Origin: an uncultured Actinomycetota bacterium
Lineage (GTDB): Bacteria; Actinomycetota; Actinomycetes; Propionibacteriales; Nocardioidaceae
Reading direction: 5' to 3'
NCBI GenBank assembly: GCA_963753565.1
Contig: CAVWCT010000022.1
Span: forward strand, 3,839 to 67,838
Length of the DNA stretch: 64,000 nt
In this document: one piece after another, positions 21,478 to 32,305 of the stretch
Layout of the letters: the number at the start of each line of letters is the position of its first letter
How positions within the stretch are numbered: position 1 is the first letter of the stretch
Position numbers and translations under genes: made by a program
Notes under the pieces: generated by a model
Told to the model about the DNA's origin: nothing
Database searches by the model: none
What the model saw: only the letters and a program-made list of their open reading frames with translations

Positions 21478-22154
21478 GCGGCGGCCACCCGGGCGGCGTA
21501 CAGCCAGTAGTGCTCGTCTCGTCCCTGGAGCAACACGTCCCGCGCCGCGGCCTCGACCTCGTCGAACGTGGCCCGGAGCGACTCCTCCAGGGCCGGCGCC
21601 CGGTCGGCCGACCACACCACGAGCGCACCACCGGGGCGCAGCACGGCGCGGGCGGCGGCAAGGAACCCCTCCTCGTAGAGGGCGGCGTTGGCGTCGTGGA
21701 CGAGATAGCCGGGCCCGTTGTCGACGTCCAGCAGGATCAGGTCGTACGTCGCCGGCTTGGCCTCGGCGATGGCGACAGCAATGTCGGCGACCACCACCGA
21801 CACCCGCTCGTCGGCGAGCAGGGCGGGGCCGTGCGGCACCGTGCCGTCGCGCATCCAGCCGACCAACGCCTCCTCGACCTCCACGACGGAGCACTTCTCC
21901 ACGCGGGAGTCGGCGAGCACCTCGTGCATCGTGAAGCCGAGACCCAGGCCGCCCACGACGACGGCCCTCGGCTGCTCGACCACCGCCAGGGCGGCGGTGG
22001 CAAGCGCCTTCTCGGAGCTGAACTCGAGGGTGTCCATCACGAACACACCGTTGGCGCGCAGCTCCAGCGAGGTCGGGCCGTCCTCGGGCCGGCGCTCACG
22101 CAGCACCAGCTCGCCGCGGTCGGACTCGGCGCGCGCGATCTCGACGTACTCCAC
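21474..22154 (-). CDS. Spermidine synthase-like SAM-dependent transferase
   Basis: LRANGVFVMDT, VGGLGLGFT, YDLILLDVDNGP. Confidence 0.8.
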   Translation of the reverse strand: MEYVEIARAESDRGELVLRERRPEDGPTSLELRANGVFVMDTLEFSSEKALATAALAVVEQPRAVVVGGLGLGFTMHEVLADSRVEKCSVVEVEEALVGWMRDGTVPHGPALLADERVSVVVADIAVAIAEAKPATYDLILLDVDNGPGYLVHDANAALYEEGFLAAARAVLRPGGALVVWSADRAPALEESLRATFDEVEAAARDVLLQGRDEHYWLYAARVAAA

Positions 22155-22197
22155 GGCGCCTATCCTGCCCGGCCGCTTGGTCGGGGTAAGGGAGGGC

Positions 22198-22421
22198 TCA
22201 GTCGAACAGCTCGCTGAGCCAGCTCTCCTTGCGCTTCTTCTTGTAGCTCTGCTGCGGGGCGCCCGTGTAGCGCTCGTTGTAGTGCTGCTGTCGCTCGTCG
22301 CGCTCCCGCTCGTAGGTCCCTAGAGCAGGCACCGCTGCCGGTGCCGGCGCGACCTGGGTGAGCGACCGCTCGATGATCTTGTCGAGCTCGCCACGGTCGA
22401 GCGAGGCGCCTCGGCGTTCGG
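22198..22421 (-). pseudogene. zf-TFIIB-domain small protein lacking its N-terminal zinc ribbon
   Basis: LDRGELDKIIERS...YKKKRKESWLSELFD is the typical C-terminal part of this family; the CxxC motifs are missing and the 97-bp hairpin element sits where they would be. Confidence 0.7.
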
Positions 22422-22518
22422 ACGCTTCATCACGGTATGTAGCCGAGTAGCCGCTTCCCATGGGTTGCTCACCACGGGAAGCGACGGTTGACCTGCATAC
22501 CGTGATGAAGCAGCGACA
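22422..22518 (-). repeat. 97-bp palindromic (REP/REPIN- or MITE-like) element, copy 1
   Basis: GCTTCATCACGGTATG...CATACCGTGATGAAGC outer arms and CGCTTCCC...GGGAAGCG inner arms; its reverse complement aligns without gaps to 50202-50298. Confidence 0.9.
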
Positions 22519-22536
22519 AAACGCGGGCCCCCCGCC

Positions 22537-24231
22537 CTACTGAGCCGAGCGCACCCTAACCCCTGAGATCGGCACCGTGACGGCGCCGGAGGGGTCGGTG
22601 AAGAAGTCGTTGCCCTTGTCGTCGACCACGATGAACGCCGGGAAGTCCTCGACCTCGATCTTCCAGACCGCCTCCATGCCGAGCTCCTCGTACTCCAGCA
22701 CGGAGACCGAGGTGATGCAGTCCTGGGCCAGGCGGGCGGCCGGGCCGCCGATCGAGCCGAGGTAGAAGCCGCCGTGGGTGTGGCAGGCCTCGGTGACCTG
22801 CTTGGAGCGGTTGCCCTTGGCCAGCATCACGAGCGAACCACCCGCGGCCTGGAACTGCTCGACGTAGGAGTCCATGCGCCCGGCCGTCGTCGGTCCGAAG
22901 GAGCCGGAGGCGTAGCCCTCGGGAGTCTTCGCGGGGCCGGCGTAGTAGACGGCGTGGTCGCGCAGGTAGTCGGGCATCTCCTCGCCGGCGTCGAGGCGTT
23001 CCTTGATCTTGGCGTGCGCGATGTCGCGGGCAACGACCAGCGGCCCGGTCAGCGACAGCCGGGTCTTGACGGGGTGCTTCGACAGCTCGGCCAGGATCTC
23101 GGGCATGGGCCGGTTGAGGTCGATCCGCACCACCTCGCCGCCCGCGATGTCCTCCGCGACACCCGCGTCGGGCATGTACTGCGCGGGGTCCTCCTCGAGC
23201 TGCTCGAGGAAGACGCCCTCGGCGGTGATCTTGCCGAGCGCCTGGCGGTCGGCCGAGCAGGAGACCGCGATCGCGACCGGGCAGGAGGCGCCGTGGCGGG
23301 GGAGCCGTACGACGCGGACGTCGTGGCAGAAGTACTTGCCGCCGAACTGCGCTCCGATGCCGAACGACTGGGTGAGCTTGAAGACCTCTTCCTCCAGCTC
23401 GACGTCACGGAAGCCGTGGGCGGCCATGGTGCCCTCGGTCGGCAGGTGGTCGAGGTAGTGGGCCGAGGCGTACTTCGCGGTCTTCAGAGCGAACTCTGCC
23501 GACGTACCGCCGATCACGACCGCCAGGTGGTACGGCGGGCAGGCGGCCGTGCCGAGGGACCGGATCTTCTCGTCGAGGAACTCCAGCATCCGGACCGGGT
23601 TGAGCACCGCCTTGGTCTCCTGGAACAGGAACGACTTGTTGGCCGAGCCGCCGCCCTTGGCCATGAAGAGGAACTTGTACTCCGGACCCTTGGGGCCCTG
23701 CGCGGTCGAGTAGAGCTCGATCTGCGCGGGCAGGTTGGTGCCGGTGTTCTTCTCGTCCCACATCGACAGCGGCGCGAGCTGGGAGTAGCGGAGGTTGAGC
23801 TTCGTGTAGGCGTCGTAGACGCCGCGCGAGATCGCCTCGCCGTCGTCGGCGCCGGTCAGCACGCCCTCGGACTTCTTGCCCATCACGATCGCGGTGCCGG
23901 TGTCCTGGCACATCGGGAGGACGCCGCCCGCGGAGATGTTGACGTTCTTGAGCAGGTCCAGCGCGACGAATCGGTCGTTGCCCGACGCCTCGGGGTCGTC
24001 GATGATCCGGCGCAGCTGCGCGAGGTGCGCGGGCCGGAGGTAGTGGGAGATGTCGTGCATCGCCTCGGCGGTCAGCCGCTGGATCGCCTCGGGCGCCACC
24101 CGGAGGAAGGTCTGGCCGTCCGCCTCGAACGTCTCGACCCCCTCCGTGGTCACCAGCCGGTAGGGCGTCTCGTCCGCGCCGATCGGCAGCAGGTCGGAGT
24201 AGCGGAACTCGGGTTCGGCAGCAGTGCTCAC
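22537..24231 (-). CDS. fumA: Class I (Fe-S) fumarate hydratase
   Basis: [50 protein letters not shown]. Confidence 0.95.
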   Translation of the reverse strand: MSTAAEPEFRYSDLLPIGADETPYRLVTTEGVETFEADGQTFLRVAPEAIQRLTAEAMHDISHYLRPAHLAQLRRIIDDPEASGNDRFVALDLLKNVNISAGGVLPMCQDTGTAIVMGKKSEGVLTGADDGEAISRGVYDAYTKLNLRYSQLAPLSMWDEKNTGTNLPAQIELYSTAQGPKGPEYKFLFMAKGGGSANKSFLFQETKAVLNPVRMLEFLDEKIRSLGTAACPPYHLAVVIGGTSAEFALKTAKYASAHYLDHLPTEGTMAAHGFRDVELEEEVFKLTQSFGIGAQFGGKYFCHDVRVVRLPRHGASCPVAIAVSCSADRQALGKITAEGVFLEQLEEDPAQYMPDAGVAEDIAGGEVVRIDLNRPMPEILAELSKHPVKTRLSLTGPLVVARDIAHAKIKERLDAGEEMPDYLRDHAVYYAGPAKTPEGYASGSFGPTTAGRMDSYVEQFQAAGGSLVMLAKGNRSKQVTEACHTHGGFYLGSIGGPAARLAQDCITSVSVLEYEELGMEAVWKIEVEDFPAFIVVDDKGNDFFTDPSGAVTVPISGVRVRSAQ

Positions 24232-24271
24232 GGCTCCAGAGAGTACGCCGTCGGCGGGTCCGCTCGGCTGG

Positions 24272-24634
24272 TCAGGTTGTCCTGATCAGGATGCTCAAGG
24301 TCAGGAAGGCGCCGATGGCCGCGCCGCCGTAGCAGAGCGCCGCCGTGAGCCCCTTGTGCTTGACCTGCAGCCCGTCGTAGAGCGTGTAGCGGAACCGGTG
24401 AGCGGCATGCACCAGCATCACCACGAACAGCCCGAGCAGCACGAGGAACGTGATCGGGTTGCCCAGGACGGCGAGGAGGTGGTCGTAGTCCGGGGGGTCG
24501 ATCCAGCCCAGGGGAAACGCGAAGGCGAAGAGGAACGTCAGGATCGGGAGGAACATCGCGGCCGTCACGCCGCCGCCGCTGAACGTCATCCAGACGAGTG
24601 GCTCGATCCGCTTCTTGGGCGCCGGGGTAGTCAC
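24272..24634 (-). CDS. frdD: Fumarate reductase membrane anchor subunit D
   Basis: [29 protein letters not shown]; GTGA overlap with frdC. Confidence 0.9.
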   Translation of the reverse strand: MTTPAPKKRIEPLVWMTFSGGGVTAAMFLPILTFLFAFAFPLGWIDPPDYDHLLAVLGNPITFLVLLGLFVVMLVHAAHRFRYTLYDGLQVKHKGLTAALCYGGAAIGAFLTLSILIRTT

Positions 24635-25023
24635 CGCGTCACCAGCCAGAAGATGAACGCCGAGACCACTGCCAGCCCGGCGTACTGGGCGGCGATGATC
24701 ACCGGGCCCGGCACCCGGCGGCCGCCCACGCTCAGGACGATCGCCTGCGGCGTCAGCAGGAACCAGGTCACGGTGTGCAGGACGATGAAGGCGAAGGTGA
24801 CGATGTTGATCACCACGAGCACGGGCGACGCCGCCCAGTCGAGGAAGTCGTTGTACGCCTCCTCGCTGTCGGTCACCGCGCGGATCAGCAGGACGAGGAA
24901 GAGGACGAACCAGGCGACGAAGATGCTGCTCAGCTCGCGCATCACGAACAGGAAGTAGGTGCGCCTCTTGGTCCACCACCACACCGACATCTTGGGGCGG
25001 TAGACGAGGACCTCGTCGCTCAT
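24631..25023 (-). CDS. frdC: Fumarate reductase membrane anchor subunit C
   Basis: [34 protein letters not shown]. Confidence 0.9.
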   Translation of the reverse strand: MSDEVLVYRPKMSVWWWTKRRTYFLFVMRELSSIFVAWFVLFLVLLIRAVTDSEEAYNDFLDWAASPVLVVINIVTFAFIVLHTVTWFLLTPQAIVLSVGGRRVPGPVIIAAQYAGLAVVSAFIFWLVTR

Positions 25024-25766
25024 TTCGCGGCTCCTCGCGGGAGCAGGAACGCCTTCACGTTCTCGTTGGCGGCCTTCAGCTTGTAGCGCTGGATCGCACC
25101 GGCCGGATCGACGTGCTTGGGGCAGACCCGGGTGCACTCACCCACGAACGTGCAGCCCCAGACACCCTCGTGCTCGATCAGCACGTCGAGCCGTTCGCGC
25201 GCCCCTTGGTCGCGCGAGTCGAGGTCGTAGCGCTCGGCCAGGGCGATCGCGGCCGGGCCGATGAACGTCGGGTCGAGTCCGTAGACCGGGCAGGCCGAGT
25301 AGCAGAGCATGCAGTTGATGCACATGCTGAACTGCTTGTAGGCGTCCAGCTCGTCGGGTGTCTGGAGGTACTCCCCGTCGATCTCCGTCACGTCGTCGTC
25401 GCGGATGATCCACGGTTTGACCCGTGGCAGCTTGTCCATGAAGTCGTAGATGTCGACCACGAGATCGCGCACCACCGGGAAGTTGGCGAGGGGCTCGACC
25501 TTGATCGGACCGGGCGCGTAGTCGTCGAGGAACGTGGCGCAGGTCAGCTTGGGATCCCCGTTGACGTTCATGCCACAGCTGCCACAGATGCCCATCCGGC
25601 ACGACCACCGGAAGGACAGGGTGGTGTCCACCTCGTCCTTGACGTAGTTGAGGCCGTCGAGGACCGTCCACTCCTTGCGCAGGGGTACGTCGTACTCCTG
25701 CGAGCTTGGCTCCTTGTCGGTGTCGGGCCGGAACCGCGTGACCTCGAGCCGGATGCTGTCGTCCAT
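25020..25766 (-). CDS. frdB: Fumarate reductase Fe-S subunit
   Basis: [42 protein letters not shown]. Confidence 0.95.
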   Translation of the reverse strand: MDDSIRLEVTRFRPDTDKEPSSQEYDVPLRKEWTVLDGLNYVKDEVDTTLSFRWSCRMGICGSCGMNVNGDPKLTCATFLDDYAPGPIKVEPLANFPVVRDLVVDIYDFMDKLPRVKPWIIRDDDVTEIDGEYLQTPDELDAYKQFSMCINCMLCYSACPVYGLDPTFIGPAAIALAERYDLDSRDQGARERLDVLIEHEGVWGCTFVGECTRVCPKHVDPAGAIQRYKLKAANENVKAFLLPRGAAK

Positions 25767-25768
25767 GG

Positions 25769-27523
25769 CTACCTTCCGTAGGTGCGCTCGCCCGGGGGCC
25801 AGCGGGTGATGGTCACGGGCATGGACTCGACCCGAGGCGACCCGTCGGGTTCGCGGTGCACCAGCTGGTGCATGAGGAAGCGGTCGTCGTCGCGCGCCGG
25901 GAAGTCGGTGCGCTGGTGCGCGCCTCGCGACTCCTCGCGCCGGAGCCCGGACTGCAGCATGGTCTCGCCGATGTCGAGCATGTTGGCGAGCTCCAGCTGG
26001 GCGGTCAGCTCGGTGTTGAACGATCGGCTCGTGTCGGCAACCCCGGTCTTCAGGACCCGCTCCTGCAGCTGCGCCAGTTGTTCCACGCCCTTGGCCATGG
26101 CGGGTCCGGTCCGGTAGATGCCGGCCGCGTCCTCCATGGTCTGCTGCATCTCGTCGCGGATCTTCGAGACCCGCTCGGTGCCCTGCTCCCGGCCCATGAC
26201 GTCGCGCTCGAGGCGGCGTACCTCGTCTGCCGCCTGGGCCTCGATGGCGGCCGGCGCCGGGCCGGCTGATGTGGCGAACTCCGCGGCGGCGCGCCCGGCC
26301 CGCGCGCCGAAAACGAGCAGCTCCGGCAGCGAGTTGGAGCCGAGCCGGTTGGCCCCGTTGATGCTGACGCAGGCGGTCTCGCCCGCGGCGTAGAGACCTG
26401 CCAGCGGCGTCGCGCCGTTGATGTCCGTGTGGACCCCGCCCATCATGTAGTGCACGACAGGGCGGACCGGGATCAGCTCGTGGACGGGGTCGATCCGCTC
26501 GTACTTCAGGCACAGCTCGCGGACGAACGGGAGCTTGGCCTCGATCAGCTCCTCGCCGAGATGACGTAGGTCGAGGTGGACGACGGGACCCCAGGGTGAG
26601 TCCGACGTGCGGCCCTTCTCGACCTCGTGCACGAAGGCCTGCGACAACCGGTCGCGCGGGCCGAGCTCCATGCTCCTGAGCTCCGGCGTCGGGGTGGGCT
26701 TCCCGAGGTCGTAGTCCTGGAGATAGCGGTAGCCGTCCTTGTTGAGCAGCCAGCCGCCCTCGGCCCGGGTCGCCTCCGTGATCAGGATGCCGGTGAACGG
26801 CAGGCCGGTGGGGTGGTACTGGACGAACTCCATGTCCTTCAGTGGCGCGCCCGCACGGTAGGCAAGGGACATGCCGTCGCCGGTGTTGATGTTGGCGTTG
26901 GTGGTGAACGGGAAGACCTTGCCGCAGCCGCCGGTCGCCAGGATGACGGACTTCGCCGTGACCGCCTGGATCTTCCCGGTCATCAGGCCGACCGCGACGG
27001 CGCCGTGGACCCGGCCGTCGTCGACCAGAAGCTTGGTGACGAAGACCTCGTCGTAGCGCTTGACCTCCTTGTACTTCAGGGAGGTCTGGAAGAGCGCGTG
27101 CAGCATGTGGAAGCCGGTCTTGTCCGCCGCGAACCAGGTGCGCTGCTTCTTCATGCCGCCGAAGGGTCGGACGGCAACGTGTCCGTCCGGCTGCCGGCTC
27201 CATGGGCAGCCCCAGTGCTCGAGCTGAAGGAGCTCTCGCGGCGCCTCGTTGACGAAGGCCTCGATGGCGTCCTGGTCGCCGAGCCAGTCGCTACCCGAGA
27301 TCGTGTCGTAGATGTGCTCCTCGATGGAGTCGTCCGCCGCGATCACCGCGGCCGCGCCGCCTTCGGCGGACACGGTGTGGCTGCGCATCGGGTAGACCTT
27401 CGACATCACGGCGACGTCGAGCTCTGGGTTGGTCTCCGCGATGGCGATCGCGGCACGCAGCCCTGCTCCGCCGCCGCCCACGATCAGCACGTCGTGAGCG
27501 GCCCGGACTATTGGGTCACTCAC
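25769..27523 (-). CDS. frdA: Fumarate reductase flavoprotein subunit
   Basis: [26 protein letters not shown] (FAD-binding His), [22 protein letters not shown]. Confidence 0.96.
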   Translation of the reverse strand: MSDPIVRAAHDVLIVGGGGAGLRAAIAIAETNPELDVAVMSKVYPMRSHTVSAEGGAAAVIAADDSIEEHIYDTISGSDWLGDQDAIEAFVNEAPRELLQLEHWGCPWSRQPDGHVAVRPFGGMKKQRTWFAADKTGFHMLHALFQTSLKYKEVKRYDEVFVTKLLVDDGRVHGAVAVGLMTGKIQAVTAKSVILATGGCGKVFPFTTNANINTGDGMSLAYRAGAPLKDMEFVQYHPTGLPFTGILITEATRAEGGWLLNKDGYRYLQDYDLGKPTPTPELRSMELGPRDRLSQAFVHEVEKGRTSDSPWGPVVHLDLRHLGEELIEAKLPFVRELCLKYERIDPVHELIPVRPVVHYMMGGVHTDINGATPLAGLYAAGETACVSINGANRLGSNSLPELLVFGARAGRAAAEFATSAGPAPAAIEAQAADEVRRLERDVMGREQGTERVSKIRDEMQQTMEDAAGIYRTGPAMAKGVEQLAQLQERVLKTGVADTSRSFNTELTAQLELANMLDIGETMLQSGLRREESRGAHQRTDFPARDDDRFLMHQLVHREPDGSPRVESMPVTITRWPPGERTYGR

Positions 27524-27743
27524 CTCGCAGCTCTTCGTCCATCAGGACCTTGCCGCTGTGGTGGACCGACATCAGGTGGACGCTGCCGTCGTGGAACTCT
27601 TCCTTGTGGGTGTGACATCCGCACGAGAAGCGCTCGTCGAGGGTGATCAGGCCTTGTTGGTCCTCGGTCTGATGATGCTCCCCGTCGCACTGCTTTCCGC
27701 ACGGCGCAGGCTTGGCATCGAAGCGAGTGATGGTTGACGTCAC
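27516..27743 (-). CDS. Small Cys/His-rich hypothetical protein, first gene of the frd operon
   Basis: GGAGG RBS before GTG; 75 aa with CGKQC, CGC and several His; stop overlaps the frdA start. Confidence 0.75.
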   Translation of the reverse strand: MTSTITRFDAKPAPCGKQCDGEHHQTEDQQGLITLDERFSCGCHTHKEEFHDGSVHLMSVHHSGKVLMDEELRGE

Positions 27744-27811
27744 GGCCTACCTCCAATGGAGCGGCCGAGGACGATCGGCCTCGGGTCCACATTGCTGCAT
27801 CGCGCGCGGAA

Positions 27812-27827
27812 TGTGAAGAGCCTCACG
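27812..27827. promoter_or_regulatory. CRP/GlxR-type binding site between the frd operon and the divergent lipoprotein gene
   Basis: TGTGA-AGAGCC-TCACG, a 9/10 match to TGTGA-N6-TCACA. Confidence 0.6.
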
Positions 27828-27870
27828 GTTCGTAACGAATCCAGGACGGGATCCGAGAAGAGTGCCAACC

Positions 27871-28914
27871 ATGATCCGATTCCTCGCCGCTGTGTTGGTC
27901 GCGACGCTCGCCGTCGGTTGCTCGAGCGACTCGGACACGCCAGCGTCCGACGACGCAGAGAGCTCGCAGTCGCCCAGCCCCTCGACGTCGCCTGCGGCCC
28001 CGCACCCGTTCTCCGGTGACACTTCGTGGCTCGCCTACCAGACGGATAGGACGGGAGTCGAAGGCGTCTGGCTGGTCCACCCTGACGGCACCGAGGACCA
28101 CCAGATCGTCACCGACCTGCCGAACGCGCTGCTTCCGGACTGGTCTCCGGACGGAACCCACCTCGTCGTGACGTCGAGGGGCGACGGGCACACCGAGGAA
28201 CCGCTGTTCGAGTACGACCTGGCCTCCGACACCTCTCGCCAGCTCTTCGACTGCACGCTTCCGTGCGCCGGGGACGACGAGCCGGTCTACTCACCGGACG
28301 GGTCGCAGGTGGCGTTCATCCGGGCCATGGCCCCGTTCACGAACGACCTGCCGGCGGACTGCTCACTGTGGATCGGGGACCGGGCCACCGGCGAGGTGCG
28401 ACAGGTCACCAGCAACACCAAGCCGCAGTGCGACCGTGAGTACAACCCGCGGTGGTCGCCCGATGGGACCCGGCTCACCTACTGGCGCCAGCCCTCCATG
28501 GACGGCAAGGCCACTGTCACCGCCGTCTTCGTCATCAACGCCGACGGCACCGACGAGCGTCGCCTCACCGATCCCGCCATGGAAGCGGGCGAGTCCGACT
28601 GGTCTCCCGACGGCGAGTGGATCGTGTTCGCCACCCACCCGCTTGCCGCGGGCGTCGCCGGAGCGTCACACCTCTACCGGATCCACCCCGACGGCTCCGG
28701 GCGCGAGCAGCTGACCGACTTCACCAGCGATGAGCTGCGAGCCACACAGCCGCAGTTCACACCCGACGGGGAGTGGATCGTGTTCACCGCGGTGACCAGC
28801 TTGTCGCGGAGCCTCTGGGCGATCCCGGCCGTGGGTGGCGACCCGATCGAGATCACCAACGGCGGGATCTACACCCACGGCACCTGGCAACCCACGCCCG
28901 ACACCGAAGGATGA
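27871..28914 (+). CDS. TolB-like (PD40 repeat) beta-propeller lipoprotein
   Basis: Lipobox LAVGC; repeated WSPDG/YSPDG/FTPDG motifs. Confidence 0.88.
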   Translation: MIRFLAAVLVATLAVGCSSDSDTPASDDAESSQSPSPSTSPAAPHPFSGDTSWLAYQTDRTGVEGVWLVHPDGTEDHQIVTDLPNALLPDWSPDGTHLVVTSRGDGHTEEPLFEYDLASDTSRQLFDCTLPCAGDDEPVYSPDGSQVAFIRAMAPFTNDLPADCSLWIGDRATGEVRQVTSNTKPQCDREYNPRWSPDGTRLTYWRQPSMDGKATVTAVFVINADGTDERRLTDPAMEAGESDWSPDGEWIVFATHPLAAGVAGASHLYRIHPDGSGREQLTDFTSDELRATQPQFTPDGEWIVFTAVTSLSRSLWAIPAVGGDPIEITNGGIYTHGTWQPTPDTEG

Positions 28915-28921
28915 GGACGAG

Positions 28922-30519
28922 ATGGCACGAGGATTGAAGGTGGCTGCGCGCGTCGTCGCGTACGCCGCACTCGCCGGCACCCTGGCGGCGTGCGGATCTG
29001 ACCCGAAGGCCCCGGCCGACGCTGAGCCGTCCACGGAGTCCGCACCCTCCGCAACCCCGACCGAGAGCAGCGGCGAGTCCGGCGGCCTGGTCGACGTAGG
29101 AGCTCACTCGCTCTATGCGGACTGCCCCGACGAAGGCACCGGCCCGACCGTGGTCTTCCTGCACGGTCTGGGAGGTGCGGGTGAGGACTGGTTGCCGACC
29201 ATCGGAGGGCTGGGCGACGCGCGGACCTGCTGGTACGACCGGCTCAACGTAGGGCGCAGCGACGACGACCCGGCGCGGCACAGTGCCCTCGACAGCGTCG
29301 CAGACCTGCACGCGCTGCTGGCCGAGGTGGGCGACGGCGGGCCGTACGTCCTCGTCGGCCACTCCTACGGCGGCCTCCTGGCCGAGATGTACGCCGCGTC
29401 GTATCCCGGTGAGGTCTCGGGTCTGGTGCTGGCCGACAGCACGCTGACCTTGGAAACCTCCCTGGACCCACCGTCCACCGTGTCGGCAGTCCGCGCGGAG
29501 ATGAACGCCAACGGCGAGAACCTCGACGCCTACGAGGGCTACGCGCAGGCTCGTCAGCTGGAGGAGAAGCTGCCCGGCATCCCGGTGCACTACATCCTCG
29601 CGGAGGAGATGGATCTCCCGGCCGAGTGGTCGCCGAAGGAGTACCGGCGACGCGTGGTGGCGTGGGTCGACAGCCTGCCGCAGGGGGAGCTCGTGTCGTG
29701 CGAGTGCGACCACCGGATCCCGCTCAACGCGCCGGCGGTCATCGCCGAGACGATCCAGACCGTCATCGGCGCCGAGGCCGGTGCCGGGACCGCCGGGCTC
29801 TACGACGTGGAGGACGGGAGCTGTACCTGGACTGCCGCGGCCACGGCTCGCCGACGGTCATCCTGGAGCCCGGCCAGGGCGACCCGCGCAGCGACTTCGA
29901 AGGGATCCAGGACGCCCTGGCCGCGAAGACGACCACGTGTACCTATGACCGGGCGAACGTGGGCCGCAGCGGCGTCGCGCCGACACCGCGGACCTCGACG
30001 GATGTCGTGAAGGATCTGCACGGGTTGCTGAAGGCTGCGGACGTCGCTCCGCCGTACGTGCTCGCAGGCACGTCCGCTGGTGGTTTCTTCGCGATGCACT
30101 TCGCCCGCGAGTATCCCGACGAGGTCACGGGGGTGCTCGCCATGAACCCCCCGCCACTAGCCACGGACTGGGTCACCCGCGCATATCCGCTGCTGACGAA
30201 GCCAGAGGTCGCTGAAGAGAAGGCGTTCTTCCGCGGGGACAACCCGGAGTCGATCGACTGGTCGACCAGCGAGGGTCAGCTGCACTCCGCCCCCGCGCCC
30301 AACGCCCCCTTGACGTTGCTCCACTCGGATGTCACCCAGTGCGAAGGGGAGGTCGGGGCCTGCTCCAAGACATCCGACCTCTACGTCGAGCTCGGCAAGG
30401 AGTACGCCGCCGCGTGGCCGGGTGGTCGGTTCGAGGCGGTCGCGTTGCGGCACGCGGTCCATCTCGACGACCCGGCGAAGGTGACCGCGCTCATCGAGCA
30501 GCTGGTGGGGCTGGCGTAG
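28922..30519 (+). pseudogene. Lipoprotein with two tandem alpha/beta hydrolase domains, split by a 1-base deletion near 29808
   Basis: Lipobox LAAC; domain 1 has GHSYGG; domain 2 (GTSAGG) is in another frame. TAC GAC GT^GGA GGA CGG GAG CTG would read YDVGGRELYLDC, paralleling VDVGAHSLYADC of domain 1. Confidence 0.75.
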
Positions 30520-30539
30520 CACCCGATTACCCTGGCGTG

Positions 30540-31100
30540 GTGACCGATCCGGATCAGCTGCGCATCTCGGACGCCGACCGCCACAAGGTGGCCGAGCACC
30601 TGCGCGAGGCCGCCGGCGACGGCCGGATCGATCTCGAGGAGCTGGACGAGCGGCTTGCCGCGGCGTACGCCGCCCGCACCTTTGCCGACCTGGCCCCGCT
30701 CACGCACGACCTGCCGAGCCTCCGCGACCACCCTCCGGGGCCGCAGCGTCACCGAGCCGTCCTGAGGAAGCTCGAGCGCAGCGGTGTGTGGGTGGTGCCG
30801 ACCGAGATGAGCGTGCTGACGATGCTCGGCGGCGCCTACCTCGACTTCCGTGAGGCGGTGTTCTCGGCTACAGAGGTCGTGCTGACGATCAACGCCTTCT
30901 TCGGCGGCGCGACCGTGGTCGTCGGCCCGAACGCCAACGTGGTCATCGAGGCCTCCGGTTTCATGGGTGGCTACTCGGCACCCTCGGGTCTCGTCGCCGC
31001 CAAGCTCGACGCCACCTCGCCCACGGTCCGGATCAGGGGCCGGGCGATCTGGGGTGGCGTCAACGTCGAGCGCAAGCACGTCCGCGGCTCGGCGGGTTAA
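30540..31100 (+). CDS. DUF1707 (SHOCT-like) domain protein
   Basis: LRISDADRHKVAEHLREAAGDGRIDLEELDERL; C-terminal LDFREA and GRAIWGGVNV. Confidence 0.88.
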   Translation: MTDPDQLRISDADRHKVAEHLREAAGDGRIDLEELDERLAAAYAARTFADLAPLTHDLPSLRDHPPGPQRHRAVLRKLERSGVWVVPTEMSVLTMLGGAYLDFREAVFSATEVVLTINAFFGGATVVVGPNANVVIEASGFMGGYSAPSGLVAAKLDATSPTVRIRGRAIWGGVNVERKHVRGSAG

Positions 31101-32299
31101 GCGGGGGCGGCTTCCATCCGCTCCGGCACCCGGCCGGCCTTCGAGAGGTCGACGGTGATGTTCTCGCCGGTGGCGGGGTCGAAGAGGTGCATCTTCGAGG
31201 TGTCGACCCAGATCTCGGCGTCGTCACCCGCGGCCACCTTGCTCGTGCCGTCGAGGGAGATCACCAGCTGGGTGCGCAGCGACTCGCCGTCGAGGTCCCG
31301 CTCGAGCTGCTCGAGCTGCTCCTGCACCTCCGGCGGGGCCTCGAACGGAATGTAGGCGTAGGCCTCGTTGCCGAGCCACTCAGTGGCGTCGATCTTGGCC
31401 CGGAACGTCGATCCCTCCCGTGAGGAGTCGACCACGGAGGCGTCCTCGAAGTGCTCGGGACGGATGCCCGCGATGAGCAACCCTCGACCCTTGGCCTTCT
31501 CCGCCTTGTCGGCGGGGATCTGGACGGAACCGAACGGCAGCTTCACCGAGGTGCCTTCGACCGTCGCCGGAAGGAAGTTCATCGGCGGCGAGCCGATGAA
31601 GCCGGCGACGAACAGGTTGCCGGGGTTTTCGTACAGCTCACGTGGCGTGGCGAGCTGCTGCAGCAGGCCTCGCTTGAGCACGGCGACCCGGTCACCGAGC
31701 GTCATCGCCTCGGTCTGGTCGTGGGTGACGTAGACCGTGGTGATGCCGAGTCGCTTCTGCAACCGGGCGATCTCGGTGCGCATCTGGCCGCGGAGCTTGG
31801 CGTCCAGGTTCGACAGCGGCTCATCGAAGAGGAACGCGTCGGCGTCGCGCACGATCGCGCGACCCATCGCCACCCGCTGCCGCTGACCGCCGGACAGGTT
31901 GCCCGGCTTGCGGTCGAGGTGCTCGTCGAGGTCCAGCGTCTTCGAGGCCGCGCGTACCTTCTCGTCGACGGTCGCCTGGTCGGCCTTGGCCAGCCGGAGC
32001 GGGAATGCGATGTTCTCGTAGACCGACAGGTGCGGGTAGAGGGCGTAGTTCTGGAAGACCATGGAGAGGTTGCGATCGCGCGGAGCAAGGTCGTTGACCA
32101 ACTTGTCGCCGATCATCATGTCGCCCGACGTGATGTCCTCCAGGCCGACGATCATCCGCAGCAGCGTCGACTTCCCGCAGCCAGACGGGCCGACCAGGAT
32201 CATGAACTCGCCGTCCTGCACGTCGATGCTCACGTCGTTCACGGCGGGGAACCCGTCGCCGTACTGCTTGACGATGTTCCGCATGTCAATGGAAGCCAT
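31097..32299 (-). CDS. Sugar ABC transporter ATP-binding protein (SugC/MalK type)
   Basis: GPSGCGKST, FQNYALYPH, LSGGQRQRVAMGRA, DEPLSNLDAKLR. Confidence 0.95.
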   Translation of the reverse strand: MASIDMRNIVKQYGDGFPAVNDVSIDVQDGEFMILVGPSGCGKSTLLRMIVGLEDITSGDMMIGDKLVNDLAPRDRNLSMVFQNYALYPHLSVYENIAFPLRLAKADQATVDEKVRAASKTLDLDEHLDRKPGNLSGGQRQRVAMGRAIVRDADAFLFDEPLSNLDAKLRGQMRTEIARLQKRLGITTVYVTHDQTEAMTLGDRVAVLKRGLLQQLATPRELYENPGNLFVAGFIGSPPMNFLPATVEGTSVKLPFGSVQIPADKAEKAKGRGLLIAGIRPEHFEDASVVDSSREGSTFRAKIDATEWLGNEAYAYIPFEAPPEVQEQLEQLERDLDGESLRTQLVISLDGTSKVAAGDDAEIWVDTSKMHLFDPATGENITVDLSKAGRVPERMEAAPA

Positions 32300-32305
32300 C
32301 AGGTA

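Noticed and set aside
25767-27203. 727-aa ORF as an extended FrdB
   Set aside because: Off-frame reading of frdA; FrdB starts at 25766.
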